NCBI RefSeq assembly: GCF_006345805.1
Contig: NC_043011.1
Coordinates: 31,198,464 to 31,262,463 of the forward strand
DNA length: 64,000 nucleotides
From: Octopus sinensis
Lineage: Eukaryota
Direction of reading: 5' to 3'
The notes under the pieces were generated by a model, which saw only the letters and a program-made list of their open reading frames with translations, ran no database searches and had not been told where the DNA came from. Numbering within the stretch: position 1 is the first letter of the stretch; every line of letters starts with the position of its first letter. Shown in pieces: positions 12,386 to 55,829 of the stretch. The position numbers were made by a program, and so were the translations under genes.

Positions 12386-13954
12386 TATATATATATATAA
12401 CCTTATATATATAACCTTATATATATAACCTTATATATATATATATATATACATATATATAAGTAAGGTTATATATATATATATTTATAATAATAAGAGT
12501 TTTTTTGCAACAAGTTGCTTAAACCACATACCGAAAATTTTAGAAATAGCAGCCAAGAGACTACTATTTCCTTTTACTACAAAAATATGTCTCCACAGAC
12601 AACAATATTTGTAACTCACATATGGCAAAAAAAGAAGAAAAACAATGAAATCAGACAGTCTTCGGTTAATTATGGACGTACGTTTCTGGATTAGAATCGT
12701 AAGGTTCATTTCCTTTATCAAGGAAATGTAAGGTTCATTTCCTTTATCAATTCATTTCCATTGATAAAGGAAATGAACCTTACATAGTAGTCTTTTAATA
12801 TCTATTGTCCATGCTGGCATGGGTTGGATGGTTTGACCAGGACTGGTAAGCTGAGGGGCTGCACCAGACTCTAGTCTGATTTGGCATGGTTTCTATGGCT
12901 GGATGCCCTTCCTACACTCTGAGAGTGTAATGGGTGCTTTTACATGCCATTGGCATGTATGAGGAACAGAGAAGAAAACAAGCAGGTCTGTGGGCATACA
13001 AGCCAGACAGGAGATAAAAGTAGTCAATGCTGGGAGAATATCCTGAAGGATTTAATTGAGAGACATCAAAAGGTGAATAGAGCAGGAGACAAGAAAATGC
13101 TTGGTAAGCCAGCCAGTCTTGAAATGAAAGAGATAACACTGACCACAGGTCACATGTCAGTAGTAGAAGGGAGAAAATGGAAGAGGGTGGCAGAGAGAAA
13201 CACAGAGAGGGAAGGCAAAAGAATGTGACAGATAGCAGCATAGAAGGAAGGGGAGAAAGGGAGAGAGGGAAGATCAATATAGTAGATACTTATTTATTTC
13301 TTTACTACCCACAAGGGGCTAAACACAGAGGGGACAAACAAGGACAGACAAACGGATTAGGTCGATTATATCGACCCCAGTGCGTAACAGGTACTTAATT
13401 TATCGACCCCAAAAGGATGAAAGGCAAAGTCGACCTCCGCGGAATTTGAACTCGGAACTATACTTATTATACTTATGGTGGATCTCAAATTAACAGGAAG
13501 TGACCGATACTCATTGGTTTCAGAGACCATTGTCTATGGCACATATAAAATAATGAAACAGGCAGCATCATGTGATGAAATTGTAATGGAATGCTGCTGA
13601 TTTATCTTAAGTAGTTAGTCTCAAGTGGGATCTTCTTAGCTAATTTATCCAGTGTTATCTTCTTCCACCATTTCAAACATTATTGAGAGAATCATTGCTG
13701 TTGCGTTGTTAGGGAATTGGGACTTCCAGAAGGGTTGCACATATTAAGCTTGGGTCCTCTTCGTTGACCTTGCCATCATTGGTGACCCTACCAGAAGTAC
13801 TAGACTCTCTGGGACAACATTGCTCTCAGTTGATGAACTATACCCCCACCTCTATCATGACAAGGAATGAACATCAGGGGCATAATTATATGCATACATA
13901 CACACATACATGCATGCATGCATGCATACATACATACATGCATACATACATACA

Positions 13955-14312
13955 TGATGATGATGGCCGTCCAATCGTGACTGAAGAAGACCATTGCCGA
14001 CCTTCAGGAACATTGTGCGCCCAAGGACTAACTTATATTTTGTATTTGCAGCTCCGTTGGTGGCTAATGAGCCCTGCTCTTGACAAGCATACACGACTGC
14101 AAACATTGCAGACCAAGTTTTCCCCATTCACTATACGAGCCGTGCGCTTTCGCGCAGCTCGCTTAAGTTCTTCATGCTGGATACATGCTCTCTCAAAAGT
14201 GTCGATCCCCTCCTTAACCTGCTACCTCCATCTGTGGCAATGACAGGCATTGTTCTCCCAGTCAGTGTCCTGCATATCACAGGCCTTTAAGGAGGACTTA
14301 ACACAGTCCTTA
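13955..14312 (-). mobile_element. RTE LINE 3' end with C-terminal Zn finger and (CAT)n tail
   Basis: KDCVKSSLKACDM..DWEN...LVCNVCSRVCLSRAGLISHQRSC. Confidence 0.8.
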
Positions 14313-14349
14313 AATACATACATACATGCATACCAACATACATACATAC

Positions 14350-15235
14350 AGAGATGCAGGAAAAGCCGTAAAATGTGACAACTAATGAAGAGTTTATGGA
14401 GTTCACACTGAAGATATCACCCACATCATAAGCAGTAGCTACCCAAAAATGTCATCATCGTATTATCTACCGATGAGACATGACTTTGTAACTAGGACAC
14501 TTTATAATGAAATCTGTTGGAAGGATAATCCCGAGGACAAAGAAATAAGAACCCACAATATGGTAGAAGCCATAGCCACTCATATTAAAAAGGAATACAA
14601 GTGGAATGTACCAGTGAAGACCTCAATAAAATGTAAGCACAACAGACCTGATATAATGATTTGGGATAGAGAAGAGAAACTGTGCACAGTTGTGGAAATT
14701 AGCTGCCCAGCAGATGTTAACATAAAGCTGAAGATCAGTGAAAAAGAGAAATCTGCAGTTACTCTATCCAGATTACAAGTTCAGGTTTATACCTGTAATT
14801 ATTGGGGCCCTGCAATATGTAACACACTGCCTAAATACCAATTTTGAGATATTAGGCTTCCCAAAACCAGAAAGTAGAAAGGTAATTCAAAGACTACAGA
14901 TCCAATCCATCACTAGAACTGTAAAACTATGTAACTTTCCAGAAGTTTATCATTTAAATATATATGAGCATGTCTAGATTTGCAACTATATGCATGAGAA
15001 TACATACATAAGACATACAAATCTGCACATACATGCATGCATGCATACATACATACATACATACATACATACATACATACATACATACAAGCATACATAC
15101 ATACATACAAACAAACAAACAAAAATAACCTGTTCTTGATGTTGAAATTCCAATGAAGAAGCCTTGGATCTAGGTTAGAAACTGGTTCTTTTTCTATAGG
15201 CAAGAAATCGTTAAACTGAATAATGACGTACACTC
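14350..15235 (+). mobile_element. 5'-truncated R4/Dong-like non-LTR retrotransposon (restriction-like endonuclease domain plus 3' UTR)
   Basis: EDITHIISS.PK (CCHC remnant), RHD, HNRPDIMIWD...VEISCP (PD-D/ExK); second 3' fragment at 58480..59050. Confidence 0.75.
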
Positions 15236-15792
15236 ACACACATACATAAACATATGTAATAGGTGCAGACATGACTGTGTGGTACCTTGGGCAGGTGTCT
15301 TTTGTTGTAGCCCTTGCCCAATCAAAACCTTGTGAGTGAATTTGGAAGATGGAAATTGAAAGAAACCTGTCATACAAGTATGTATGTGTGTATGTGTGTA
15401 TGTATGTATGTACGTACGTATGCATATGTTTATGTCTGTGTGTGATTATGTATATGTTTGTCTACTTGTTTTAACAACATGTGATAGGTGTAAATGAATG
15501 TCATTGTCATACAGGCAATGTTGTTCATTTTCAATATTCCATGAAAACATATCTGGCCGTGACGAAATAGTATTTGCTTTGAAAAAGTCGAGGGTTGGCA
15601 ACTGGAAAGGCATCATGCTATAGACAATCTACCTCAGTAATAAATTTCGTCCACCCTGTATTTGAATGGAAAAGTAGATGTTAAAATGATGATGATGATG
15701 ATGATGACATAAAAATTACAGGGGTTGCACAAAATAATTGAACCATCACTTTATCTAACATCTAACTATTCTATTGACAACTCTCTTTCTCC

Positions 15793-16188
15793 TTTACTCT
15801 TTTACTTGTTTCAGTCATTTGACTGTGGCCATGCTGAAGCACCACCTTTTTAGTCGAGCAAATCGACCCCAGGACTTATTCTGTGTAAGCCTAGTACTTA
15901 TTCTATCGGTCTCTTTTGCCGAACCGCTAAGTTACGGGGACGTAAACACACCAGCATCGGTTGTCAAGTGATGTTGGGGGGGACAAACACAGACACACAA
16001 ACATATACACACACATATATATACACATATATACGACGGGCTTCTTTCAGTTTCCGTCTACCAAATTCACTCACACGGCTTTGGTCGGCCCGAGGCTATA
16101 GTAGAAGACACTTGCCAAGGTGCCACGCAGTGGGACTGAACCCGGAACCATGTGGTTGGTAAGCAAGCTACTTACCACACAGCCACTC
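15793..16188 (-). mobile_element. SINE family A, full length
   Basis: tRNA-like head, ACCTTGG-CAAGTGTCTT core, central microsatellite, (AAAAGAGT)n tail. Confidence 0.85.
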
Positions 16189-16640
16189 ATACACCCACAA
16201 TGTGGCAAATTCAAAATTCTTCTGATCTGTATATGTTTCCACATGCATTATGTATCCCTTGTATTTCATAATATAGCCCTCTGTTGCTATTATCTTATTG
16301 TAATCCTGCTTGTCACTCCATTACTTAGCCCATCCATAACGCTTTCATGTGATTAGTTGAAGAGGGGAGGGGAGGGGGAAGAGACGTGGGGGAGGTGAGG
16401 TGTGGGTGTGGTTGTGATGTGTGAAATGTGTAATTTTTTTGTTTTGTACTAAGTTTTTCTCGATTACTTAGGCCGACTGTAACACTTTCATGTGATTAGT
16501 TGAAAGGAAAGGAAAGGTGATGAGCCTAAGAAAAAGAAGAGAGAAAAATATGGTAAGGCAAAGAGTGAGAGAGAAAGAGGGAGAGTGCTGTGTATTAAGT
16601 CTATAAAATTGTGTATAAAGTATATAAAGTGTATTAAGTA

Positions 16641-17161
16641 CCGTAAATCCTCGAGTATAGTCCACCCTTGAGTATAATATGCAGGGGATTTTTAGGGGGC
16701 TGTACCTCTGAAAAACCTAAACCTTGTGTATAATACGCACTCCTTCTCTAACTTGAGTCGTGTGCAATTAAGCCAGCAGCACCTAGTCGAACAAACACTT
16801 CCGTGCATGCGTAATACAACAATGGTGATGTTCTTAATTGTTATATGGGAATGTAAATATGTTTGCAAATCGTTTTTGTTACATGTTATTCTGTGTTCTG
16901 AATACTTTTATTTTAATAAATGTTGCTTACTGCAAGTTATGGATGATTCTTTTATGACTTCATTGCTTTCAGGCTTAGCTTAAGGTATTTTCGTGCCCAA
17001 CATCACAAAATGCGTCTGAATAAACATTGCCGGACTACAAATAGGGACTCAGACATTGCTTAGAGAATATTTTTCCTTTTTAACCTCGTATATAGTATGC
17101 ACTAGGGATTTTGACCTTTAAATTTTGGGGAAAAATGCGGATTATACATGAGGATTTACGG
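16641..17161. mobile_element. pogo/Tigger-type MITE
   Basis: TIRs CCGTAAATCCTC...GAGGATTTACGG with TA TSD on both sides. Confidence 0.8.
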
Positions 17162-17544
17162 TAATCATTGTATTCCAATTTCCTTCACTTTTCAGCGATT
17201 AGCAGATGAGCGACTATCTTTTGATAAAGACATAACGCATGCTACACTTTCAGGTTTTTGGATAAAGTTTTCAGAAATAACCCAATAAGTTTATCATTAA
17301 TTGTGTTAATCTTTTTGATACCAACCCACTTGAAACCGCCTCTAGATCTGTGGTACAAACGTCTTATTTACAAAAATTCTGAATTAAAATCTTCCACCAA
17401 ACCTTAGTCACAATTTATTTTCCTTAACACTAGCTTAATGATAACTAAGCATCTCAGCAGAGATATGGTAACAAAAGGGTTAAATATTCATGGGTCCTGC
17501 TAGTCATTATTATTTCTTTTGTAGATATTTATGTTTAAATATGT

Positions 17545-19031
17545 TAAAATATGTGACCTATCTGACCTCCAAAGAGGACAAACTGTTAGAGTGCAGACAG
17601 ATGGAGCTTCAGTCAGTGAAATGGCTGAATTATTCAATGTTTTGAGTCATACAGTCTCTAAAATCATGCTGCCATTCCAAACCAAGGTAAGACCAGCTCA
17701 AAAACCATTAAACTACAGCAGCAAAAGTGATAGATCTAAACCATCATATTGCCAACCCTGTGTTAACTAAAACAATTCTTTGTGAGCTCCATAAAGCTAA
17801 ATACTTAGGGATGGTTTCAATTGCTATGCTTCACCTGTACCCCATCAACATTGATAAACTGATAAAAAAATGGTATCTTGATTAACAGAAGTGATTAATG
17901 GCTCAGTGGAACAATGTCATCTTTTCACATTTTTTCTTAGTTCAAGGCAAGTTTATGTTTAAGACAGTTCAAAGAAGCTTTCAACCTTGAGGATTTCACC
18001 CTTCTGATGAAACATAGATGTGGTTCCATGATGATTAGGACAGCTATATCATGGAATTCTCTTGGCCCTTTAGTTGTTTTACATAGCAGCGTTAACAGTA
18101 AGGATTGTTTGAGTATTTTGGATGATTGTGTTCATCTACGGTGAAAATATTGCTCCCCGATGATTGTGTAATCTTCCAGATCAATAACACTGCGTAACAC
18201 GGTTTTTGTCTTTGGGTAGCAACTGTTATTTCCTATTTGCTTACCTCTAGAAAGTATGAAAAATAGCTAATATTTCCTTCAAACTTTTCTTTTGTTACAT
18301 TTAGTCAAACTCCAAAGAATCCCTCTCAATATATGGCTATGATGCTCTCCAACTACTCCTGCTCATGATCAAAGATGCATGTATTGTCAGCCACTAAGGG
18401 ACTTGCTCAAGTGGTTAAGGTCAAACAACTGACAAACTACTCTGTGGTATTGAACAGAATATTTGCTAAAACGATATTTCTGCTTCAGCAACTCAGCTCT
18501 GAATCTGTCTGAAATGTAATGGAAAATAGGCCAGTTTCAAAACATTGATGTCCATGCCATAGAAGTAAAGTTTTAAGGAAATAGTAGTCATTTACTTTGA
18601 TTCCTAGATAGAAGCAAATAGGAAATAACACTTACTGACCAAAGACAAAAAATAAAAGAATAAAACTTTTGTTACAATGTGTAATGCCACTGATTCCCAT
18701 GGCTAATGTTATTCAAATTTGGTACAAAGAAAACAAAGTGAAGCAGACCATTTGGATTACCTCCCCAACTATCACCAGACTTCAGTATAATTGAACATTT
18801 ATTGTCCATTTTGGTGAAGCAAGTGAAAAGCCACTTCCCTCTGCCATCTTTACTGAAAGAGCTGAAGCATGTTTTGCTTGGAAAATTCCCTTAACAACAA
18901 TTCAGAATCTATACGAGTCAATATTTGATGTATTAAAACTGTGATTGATGCCAAAGAAGGACCAACTTCATATCAAATAATAAATATTACATTTAACAAG
19001 GCATTTCTATTTTGTTTTGTCCAACCTCTGT
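17545..19031 (+). mobile_element. Tc1-like element remnant, interrupted
   Basis: DLSDLQRGQTVRVQTDGASVSEMAELFNVLSHTVSKIM HTH; decayed DDE region; right end TTTTGTCCAACCTCTG-TA. Confidence 0.7.
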
Positions 19032-20744
19032 ATATATATATATATATCTTCATCATCATTTAACATCTGTCTTGCATGCTATCATTTGTTGGATCATTTA
19101 ATAGAATCTGGCAAACTAGGAAACAGCATTGAGCTCCAACGTCTGCCTTGGCATGGTTTCAAGGACTGGATGCCCTTTCCAACAACAATCACTTTACTGA
19201 GTGTACTGGGTACTTTTTTTGAGGCACCAACACTGGGAAAGTTATCAAATAACTCACATGACAAGACCCCTTGTCTGAAAGAGGGCATAATATTTGCAAT
19301 AATGAAGGTGGATTTGTGCCAGGTGTTGAGAGACTAAACTATGAAAGGGAAACTGGAACAGGTGTCTTGATGCAAAGAAGATACATGGCTACCCCAGCTA
19401 GAAGGTGAGAAAAGGTGGTCAGGGTGTACTCTCAAAGTACAAGAAGGTGCATATAAGAGAGAATAAGGACAAAGGATCGAAAAGGTGGGGTAGGTATGTT
19501 TGTGAGAGAGTGAAAAGAGTTTGGAGGATGAAGGATGTTTGTGATGGTTTCAAATTTTGGCACAATGTTAGCAATTTTAGAGGGGTGGGGGTAAGTCAGT
19601 TACATCAACCCCCCAGTGTTCAACAGGTAGTTATTCTATTGACCCTGAAAGGAAGAAAGGCAAAGTTGATTTCAGCAGAATTTGAAACCAGAATGTAAAG
19701 AGCTAGAAGAAATGCTACTAAGCATTTGTTTGATTTGTTAAAGATTCTGTCAGCTTGCCAACTTGGTTCAGTGTTATTAATAAAATATGACCAAAGATGA
19801 TTTCTTTTGCTAATAATTCAATATGTTAACATAATGGAACATTAAGGAGTTAAAGTATATTTACATATGCAGTAAAAGAAACATGATATTAGTTGATGAC
19901 TAATAATTTTTTTTCCTAGAAAAGAGAGAGACAACTGTAAGCATATTTCCTTGTTCTTTAAAGGCTCATCTGCAGAATGTAGCCTCTGTTTTCACATATA
20001 TAACTGTCCATTTGTCATGGAAATAGTGTGCTTGTGTCTCAGCTTGTGCTTAACACTAACTCAATCTTACCTCCCTCTATATCAGTCAGGAATCTTTCAG
20101 TAATATGCACTAACCCATAACAGTTCAAACTGGAATCATGCTAATTTCGTTCGTATCATCTAGTCTAAGAAAATCCAAAGAACTTGTGGTGATTACCATA
20201 CCAAGTTTTCTTCTCATTATTATTAAAAAATATCTAAAGCACAAGAAATATATATTTGAACAGCTAAAGTTTCTTTATTCCAAAATTGTATGTCATATAT
20301 TTCATTGATAACCACATTTTTTCAATAACATTCTAATTTTTATATTCAGTGGATTAATTAAGAGTTTTCTTTTGTTTATTTTGGTAGTTTTAATTTTCTT
20401 TCAAAGCATAAAACTGAGCAGTTTGCATTCAAAGTCAGTCAAATTACTTTTGACAAATTTAGTAACAAAAAAAAAAAAGTATAATTTTATTTTTCCATAT
20501 ATTTTACTTTCACTGCTTTATGCGAATTCCCATGACTCTGTCACCATCCAATGGATCTGAATTGAGAACTTGAGTTATAGTGAATCTTTCATTAGCTGAT
20601 TACACAACCATGGATGCCAACCCTTTGAATGATCCTGACTGCTGATCTTCTTGGATTCCTCCTCTCACCATCAATTTAAGAAGTACTGTTGGTTCAGTTG
20701 AGCTCTTCCACCATCTCTTCACAATCTGCCATGCGACAGTCCCA

Positions 20745-21156
20745 TACTCTTTACTCTTTTACTCTTTTACTTGTTTCAGTCATTTGACTGTGGCCATGCT
20801 GGAGCACCGCCTTTTAGTCGAGCAAATCGACCCCGGGACTTATTCTTTGTAAGCCTAGTACTTATTCTATCGGTCTCTTTTGCCGAACCGCTAAGTGACG
20901 GGAACGTAAACACACCAGCATCGGTTGTCAAGCAATGCTAGGGGGACAAACGCAGACACACAAACATACACGCACACACACATATATATACATATATACG
21001 ACGGGCTTCTTTCAGTTTCCGTCTACCAAATCCACGCACAAGGCATTGGTCGACCCGGGGCTATAGCAGAAGACACTTGCCCAAGGTGCCACGCAGTGGG
21101 ATTGAACCCGGAACCATGTGGTTGGTTAGCAAGCTACTTACCACACAGCCACTCCT
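20745..21156 (-). mobile_element. SINE family A, full length, low divergence
   Basis: Near-identical to the 22511 copy in reverse orientation. Confidence 0.9.
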
Positions 21157-21251
21157 ACTAACATACCATTTTAAAGAATATTTTGAAAAAAAAAATGTTT
21201 TTGCATAAATAAACATTATTTTAATTATTTATTTTTTACTAAATACGTGTA

Positions 21252-21889
21252 CAGTAACCCCTCGACTATCACAGGTGTTACGTTCCAAAACCCCACATGA
21301 TAGGTGAAAATCTATGAAGTAGAAACACTTCTCTACTGCATATATTTTTAAAATTAATTTTATAATTTGTATATATTTATCTATACATAGAAAACTGAAG
21401 TTGTGTGTGCGTGTATGTGTGGCAGGTTTTGTAGCCTTCAACTAACACTATCTCCTCCGAGACCCTGCAATGCAAGTTGACCAAAATTGAGAGTATGATA
21501 GAAGAAGGTTTGCTCTTCATTCAAATCAGACCATGTTAAGACCAAAAATTATTTATATCAAAAAGGTGCTTTTTTTTCTATGAAAATCCTTATTTTTTAA
21601 TGATTTTTTTGACTGCTGTGTCACCATTTTTCGGTGAACAGAAAAATGTTCACTTAAAGAGAATAACAAGCTACATAATGCAAAATTTTTACTTTTCAAA
21701 AGAGATTGAAACTATATCAAAACTTTATCAAAGTCTGCTGTTTTAAGTGCAACTAAAAAACAAACCTGAGCTACGCCAGGCTATACAGCTAGTTTTATTA
21801 TAAATGCAAAACAACACCATCAAGGAATCAACATAAGCTTTAAATAATAAACCGTAATAGGTGAGCCGCAATATGGTGAGGGATTACTG
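21252..21889. mobile_element. Tigger-type MITE with a nested HINE fragment (about 21385..21610)
   Basis: TIRs CAGTAACCCCTC...GAGGGATTACTG with TA TSDs; the nested part is the reverse complement of 53650..53890. Confidence 0.7.
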
Positions 21890-22054
21890 TACTTAATAAA
21901 TATGTGTACTTATTTACTAAATAGGCTATTCCTTGTTGGTGCCTTGTTGTTTGGTCCTATGTCATCTCTGGTCTAGCAAACACATGATTAAAGATGTTCC
22001 AGCTGTGACCATTTCAAAAATTTCCAGACATGGTGTAATCTAGGATTAAAATAA

Positions 22055-22310
22055 AAAAAATAAATGCGCCCTTTTTAAGCCAAGCCAGGCTCATGGGCCC
22101 GGTTTCCTGGATTCTATGGCCTATGTGTTCCCCAGCTGGATGGGACGCCAGTCCTTCGCAGCGTTACTCATTTTTGCCAGCTGAGTGGACTGGAGCAACG
22201 TGAAATGAAGTGTTTTGCTCAAGAACACAATGCGTCGCCTGGTCCAGGAATCGAAACCACAATCTTATGGTCATGGTGCTGACACCTTAACCACTAAGCC
22301 ACTCGCCTCC
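22055..22310 (-). mobile_element. tRNA-derived SINE family B
   Basis: Reverse complement of 28768..29020; A-box GTGGTTAG and B-box GGTTTCGATTCC; (ATTT)n tail. Confidence 0.8.
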
Positions 22311-22510
22311 ATGTAATCTAGGAGTACAGGATCAAATGTGCCTTTTTTTTTGTTTATTAAGATGGAAGAGTATGATTTGAGAGATATTTGGCTGCTACTT
22401 CAAGCAAGTTGAATAACTACATAGAGGCTGTTCTCATTAGTTCATAGATAATATGGTTTAATCAAAGTGATATGGCTCGTTTGGCTCAAAGATATGTTAT
22501 TAACTGAGAT

Positions 22511-22888
22511 AGTGGCTGTGTGGTAAGTAGCTTGTTTACCAACCACATGGTTCTGGGTTCAGTCCCACTGCGTGGCACCTCGGGCAAGTGTCTTCTACTA
22601 TAGCCTCGGGCCGACCAAAGCCTTGTGAGTGGATTTGGTAGACGGAAACTGAAAGGAGCCCGTCGTATATATGTATATATATATATGCATGTGTGTCTAT
22701 GTTTGTCCCCCTAGCATTGCTTGACAACCGATGCTGATGTGTTTATGTCCCCGTTACTTAGCGGTTTGGCAAAAGAGACCGATAGAATAAGTACTGGGCT
22801 TACAAAAGAATAAGTCCCTGGGTCGAGTTGCTTGATTAAAGGCGGTGCTCCAGCATGGCCGCGGTCAAATGACTGAAACAAGTAAAAG
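22511..22888 (+). mobile_element. SINE family A, full length
   Basis: GTGGCTGTGTGGTAAG...GGTTCAGTCCC head; CORE-like segment; AAGTAAAAG tail. Confidence 0.9.
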
Positions 22889-23057
22889 GGTAATTGATTG
22901 AAATGTAAGAATAAGTCCTATAACTTTCTTAAGTCATATGAGATGTTGGAGGCAGTGGGGGACTAGGGATTTTAATGTGTATTTTGATCTGTGACAGATT
23001 GGTACTTGGGTGCAGGGCCAGTGCCATGCTGTTCAGTGCTTTAGACAAACCCTACAA

Positions 23058-23424
23058 TGCTCTTTTACTTGTTTCAGTCATTTGACTGTGGCCATGCTAG
23101 AGCACCACCTTTAGTCGAGCAAATTGACCCCCAGAACTTATTCTTTGTAAGCCTAGTACTTATTCTATTGGTCTCTTTTGCTGAACCGCTAAGTTACGGG
23201 GACGTTAACACACCAACATCGGTTATCAAGCGATGTTGTGGGGACAAACATATACACATATATGACGGGCTCCTTTCAGTTTCCGTCTACCAAATCCACT
23301 CACAAGGCTTTGGTTGGCCCAAGGCTATAGTAGAAGACACTTGCCCAAGGTGCCACGCAGTGGGACTGAACCCGGAATCATGTGGTTGGTAAGCAAGCTA
23401 CTTACCACACAGCCACTCCTACGC
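23058..23424 (-). mobile_element. SINE family A
   Basis: Inverted relative to the 22511 copy about 170 bp away. Confidence 0.85.
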
Positions 23425-24485
23425 CTATATAACTTTTCTCTCACCTCTACAATGCATGCTTCCTTCTCCGGCTTCTTTTCCCACAATTCCAATTGAAAAA
23501 TAAATTTAGAAGAATAAGAATCTATAGATTTATAGTCATGCATATTAATGAGTAAAGATGTTATCATTTTATCTTTTATCTTTTGCTTGCTTCAGTCATT
23601 GGACTGCAGCCATGCTGGGGCATTGGTTTCAACGGTTTAGTCAAACAGATTGCCCCCACAACTTATTTTTGCTGAAGTCTGGCATTTTAGTCTATCAGTT
23701 CATTCTGCCAAACTGCTAAGTTACAGGAATGTAAACAAACCAACATAGTTTGTCAAGCAGTGGGTGGGGTGGGGGACAAATGCAAACACAAACACACACC
23801 CATACTCACACATAAACCATAAACATGTCAGCATGTATGGGAAGTAAATATATTTACCATTGACATCTTTAGCATTATGGCCATTCCACAGACTTTTTCA
23901 TGTAGTACTACTTCCAGTTTGTGTTTTATATATTTCTAAAAAAATTCATGTTCGCGATTTTTAGCAAAAACATGTTTGGCCATTGGGAAATATCGCCTTG
24001 CTTGGCAATAGGTAAAGATTAGCGACAGGAAGGGCATCAGGCCATAGAATATCTACTTCAATAAATTCGGTCCGACCGAGCATTATAACAACGACGATGA
24101 TAGATAGATAGATAGATAGATAGATGCAGATAAAGAGAGGGATATATTCTGTGCAATTATGGCGACGCAGTTTGCAGCATTGACCTATGAAAGATATACA
24201 GACAAATATTATTGCGCAATATTGCATTGCACAATATGATCGAACTATTGTGCAATTTGATCCATGCTTTCTGTTTTCACTCATAAACGATATTTATACA
24301 TAAATCTCTAAATCTTTTAATGACGTATAATAAAATAAGCACACATTTAAAGTAGACTTTATCAATCAACGTCAAGGGTTCAGCGTTTTACCGGCAAGAA
24401 TAACTATTAATAAACTTTAATAACCCCTGATTGTGACAGCGTTGGAATACGACAATACGGCTTGGAATATGTGTGTGACTATGAC

Positions 24486-24541
24486 TATATAATGTAAGCC
24501 TGCCTCCGCTTCTTCCTTTTTGCATCGTTTGACAGAGCAGA
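24486..24541 (+). promoter_or_regulatory. RPS27 core promoter and 5' UTR: TATATAA plus polypyrimidine TCT/5'TOP tract (CTTCTTCCTTTTT)
   Basis: Typical ribosomal-protein TCT initiator about 30 nt upstream of ATG CCG|gtcagt. Confidence 0.7.
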
Positions 24542-32822
<8,281 letters not shown>

Positions 32823-33741
32823 ACTAATGGAGTAACTTGAACCTGTTTATGTGGTTTAAAGTAAAATAAAGATTCCAAATGCTGTGACTTATGTCTAATA
32901 GTTTTTATTTTAATGACCAAAGTTCTGTGATACCACAAAAAAAAAAATGTAAATTTAGTATCAATGCAATTAAAAATTATTCTTGATATTTAATGGAAAA
33001 GTCTGGGAGGTTTGAAATTTTCAAACTATTTACCTCATTCTTTGCATTTCTATATTGTCCTAATGTTTTAGTTCTATTCTCTGGTCATTTTCTATAATAT
33101 ACAATATGAAGCATGAGGTAAATAGTCCAGAAATTCCAAACTACTTCAGAAATAAATATGCATGAGAAAGTGTTTACTTTGACATAGATAAAATTTAAAT
33201 AGTGATATAGATTGTGGAACATCCAGCTGATGTAATTAATTAATTTTTATGTTTGTTGATTGGATCTTTGCTGTTCTTGACTTAATCTTTCAGCTGGTAA
33301 ATGTTACATTTTCATTTTAGTTTGTGTTTGATTTTGTATATTTTATTTAGGGTGATATCAAGAGAATAAACGGTTAATGTAAGGCTTGAATGGGATTGCT
33401 GGATTAGTTGTGTATCCACAGTTTTTAAGAATCTAGGGTAGGAAATTGAGCTGCCATTGTGGCAAGCTGAATGACCGCTTGCTTGTTGACTGGAAATAGT
33501 AATCTAGATGTAGAGGGAAAATGAAAATAGATAAATTTAAAAAGAAAACGAAGACTTAAATCCCTGCTTACAAAATTGGACAAGTATGGCGTTACTGTGT
33601 TGCAACAGTTTCATGTTCGGATTCTTAATGGAAATCTTCCCTAATTAAAAAAAAAACATTATTTTACCGAAATTTTCGAAAATGGAAGATTTATTAAATC
33701 CTGGATGTTATTTTCTTTCAGAAACTTAAATTATTTGATGC

Positions 33742-54800
<21,059 letters not shown>

Positions 54801-55239
54801 CTTTAAATCTAAAGCAGAAACGAAAACAAACAACAAAAAAAAACTTCTTGAGTAGTAGTTAACAGAAATACTACTTTCCCTCTTGCTGTATTCGCAGAGT
54901 AGTGGTGAAAGAAATGGTAAAACTGTGATATAAACGTTCTTTCTTCTTCGTTATGTTTTATTTATTTATTTATTTATTTTTAGTCATCTCCCAGAGAAAA
55001 TTAAAGCTGTTTGATTATTTATCGATCCTCGTATACAAAAAAAGGAAAAAGGTGATCTCAGCAAGATTTGAATTCAGTGCACAGAGGGCCGAAACACATT
55101 TGGCAAAGTGTTCTTTCTGATACTATAGCGATTCAGTCAGATCGCCGCATCATAGGAATGATTAACTTACCTTTGATTATGATTAAATTACCTTTATCAA
55201 TTATCTTTATAATGATTAACTAATGATTAACTTATCTTT

Positions 55240-55610
55240 TATTCTACTTGTTTCAGTCATTAGTCAGCAGCCATGCTGGAACACAACCAAGAAGAAATTT
55301 TAATCGAATGTATCGACCCACCAGTACTTATTCTATCGGTCTCTTTTGCCGAGCCGCATAGTTACACACCAACACCGGTTGTCAAGTGGTGGTGGGGGGA
55401 CAAACACAAAGACACGCATATACACACACACATACGCACGCGCGCACACGACGGGCGTCTTTCAGTTTCCATCTACCAAATCCACTTACAAGGTTTTGGT
55501 CGGCCCGATGCTACAGTAGAAGATACAGAAGATGTGATGCAGTGAGACTGAACCCTAAACCATGTAGTTGAGAAGCAAGCTTCTTAACACACAGCCACGC
55601 CTGCGCCTAT
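55240..55610 (-). mobile_element. SINE family A, diverged
   Basis: Family body recognisable. Confidence 0.75.
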
Positions 55611-55829
55611 TTAGAATAATAAATTCTATTAATAACTATACATAACTTATATAAAATATCCACCTCAAGGTTCCAGTCCTTGTAGCAGTGTAGAGGCCTA
55701 AGTGTTTCAATGGTGCTGAGAGCAATGTCAGTGGAGCGCAAGCTCTGGCAGGACTTCTTATGATTGACAGGTCAAAGGATAAGGGTCAGGCTAATAATCC
55801 TTTCGGTCAATATACAGACCCTCAACCAG

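Noticed and set aside
20520-20745. Minus-strand reading frame EYGTVAWQIVKRWW...GDRVMGIRIKQ
   Set aside because: Internal stop, no acceptor (abuts a SINE tail), no recognisable family.
22511-22590. tRNA-like A/B boxes in SINE heads (also at 28775)
   Set aside because: No complete cloverleaf; they continue directly into SINE bodies.
23961-24284. 107-aa ORF divergent from RPS27
   Set aside because: Runs into a (GATA)n microsatellite and a repeat fragment; no homology recognised and no strong splice donor.
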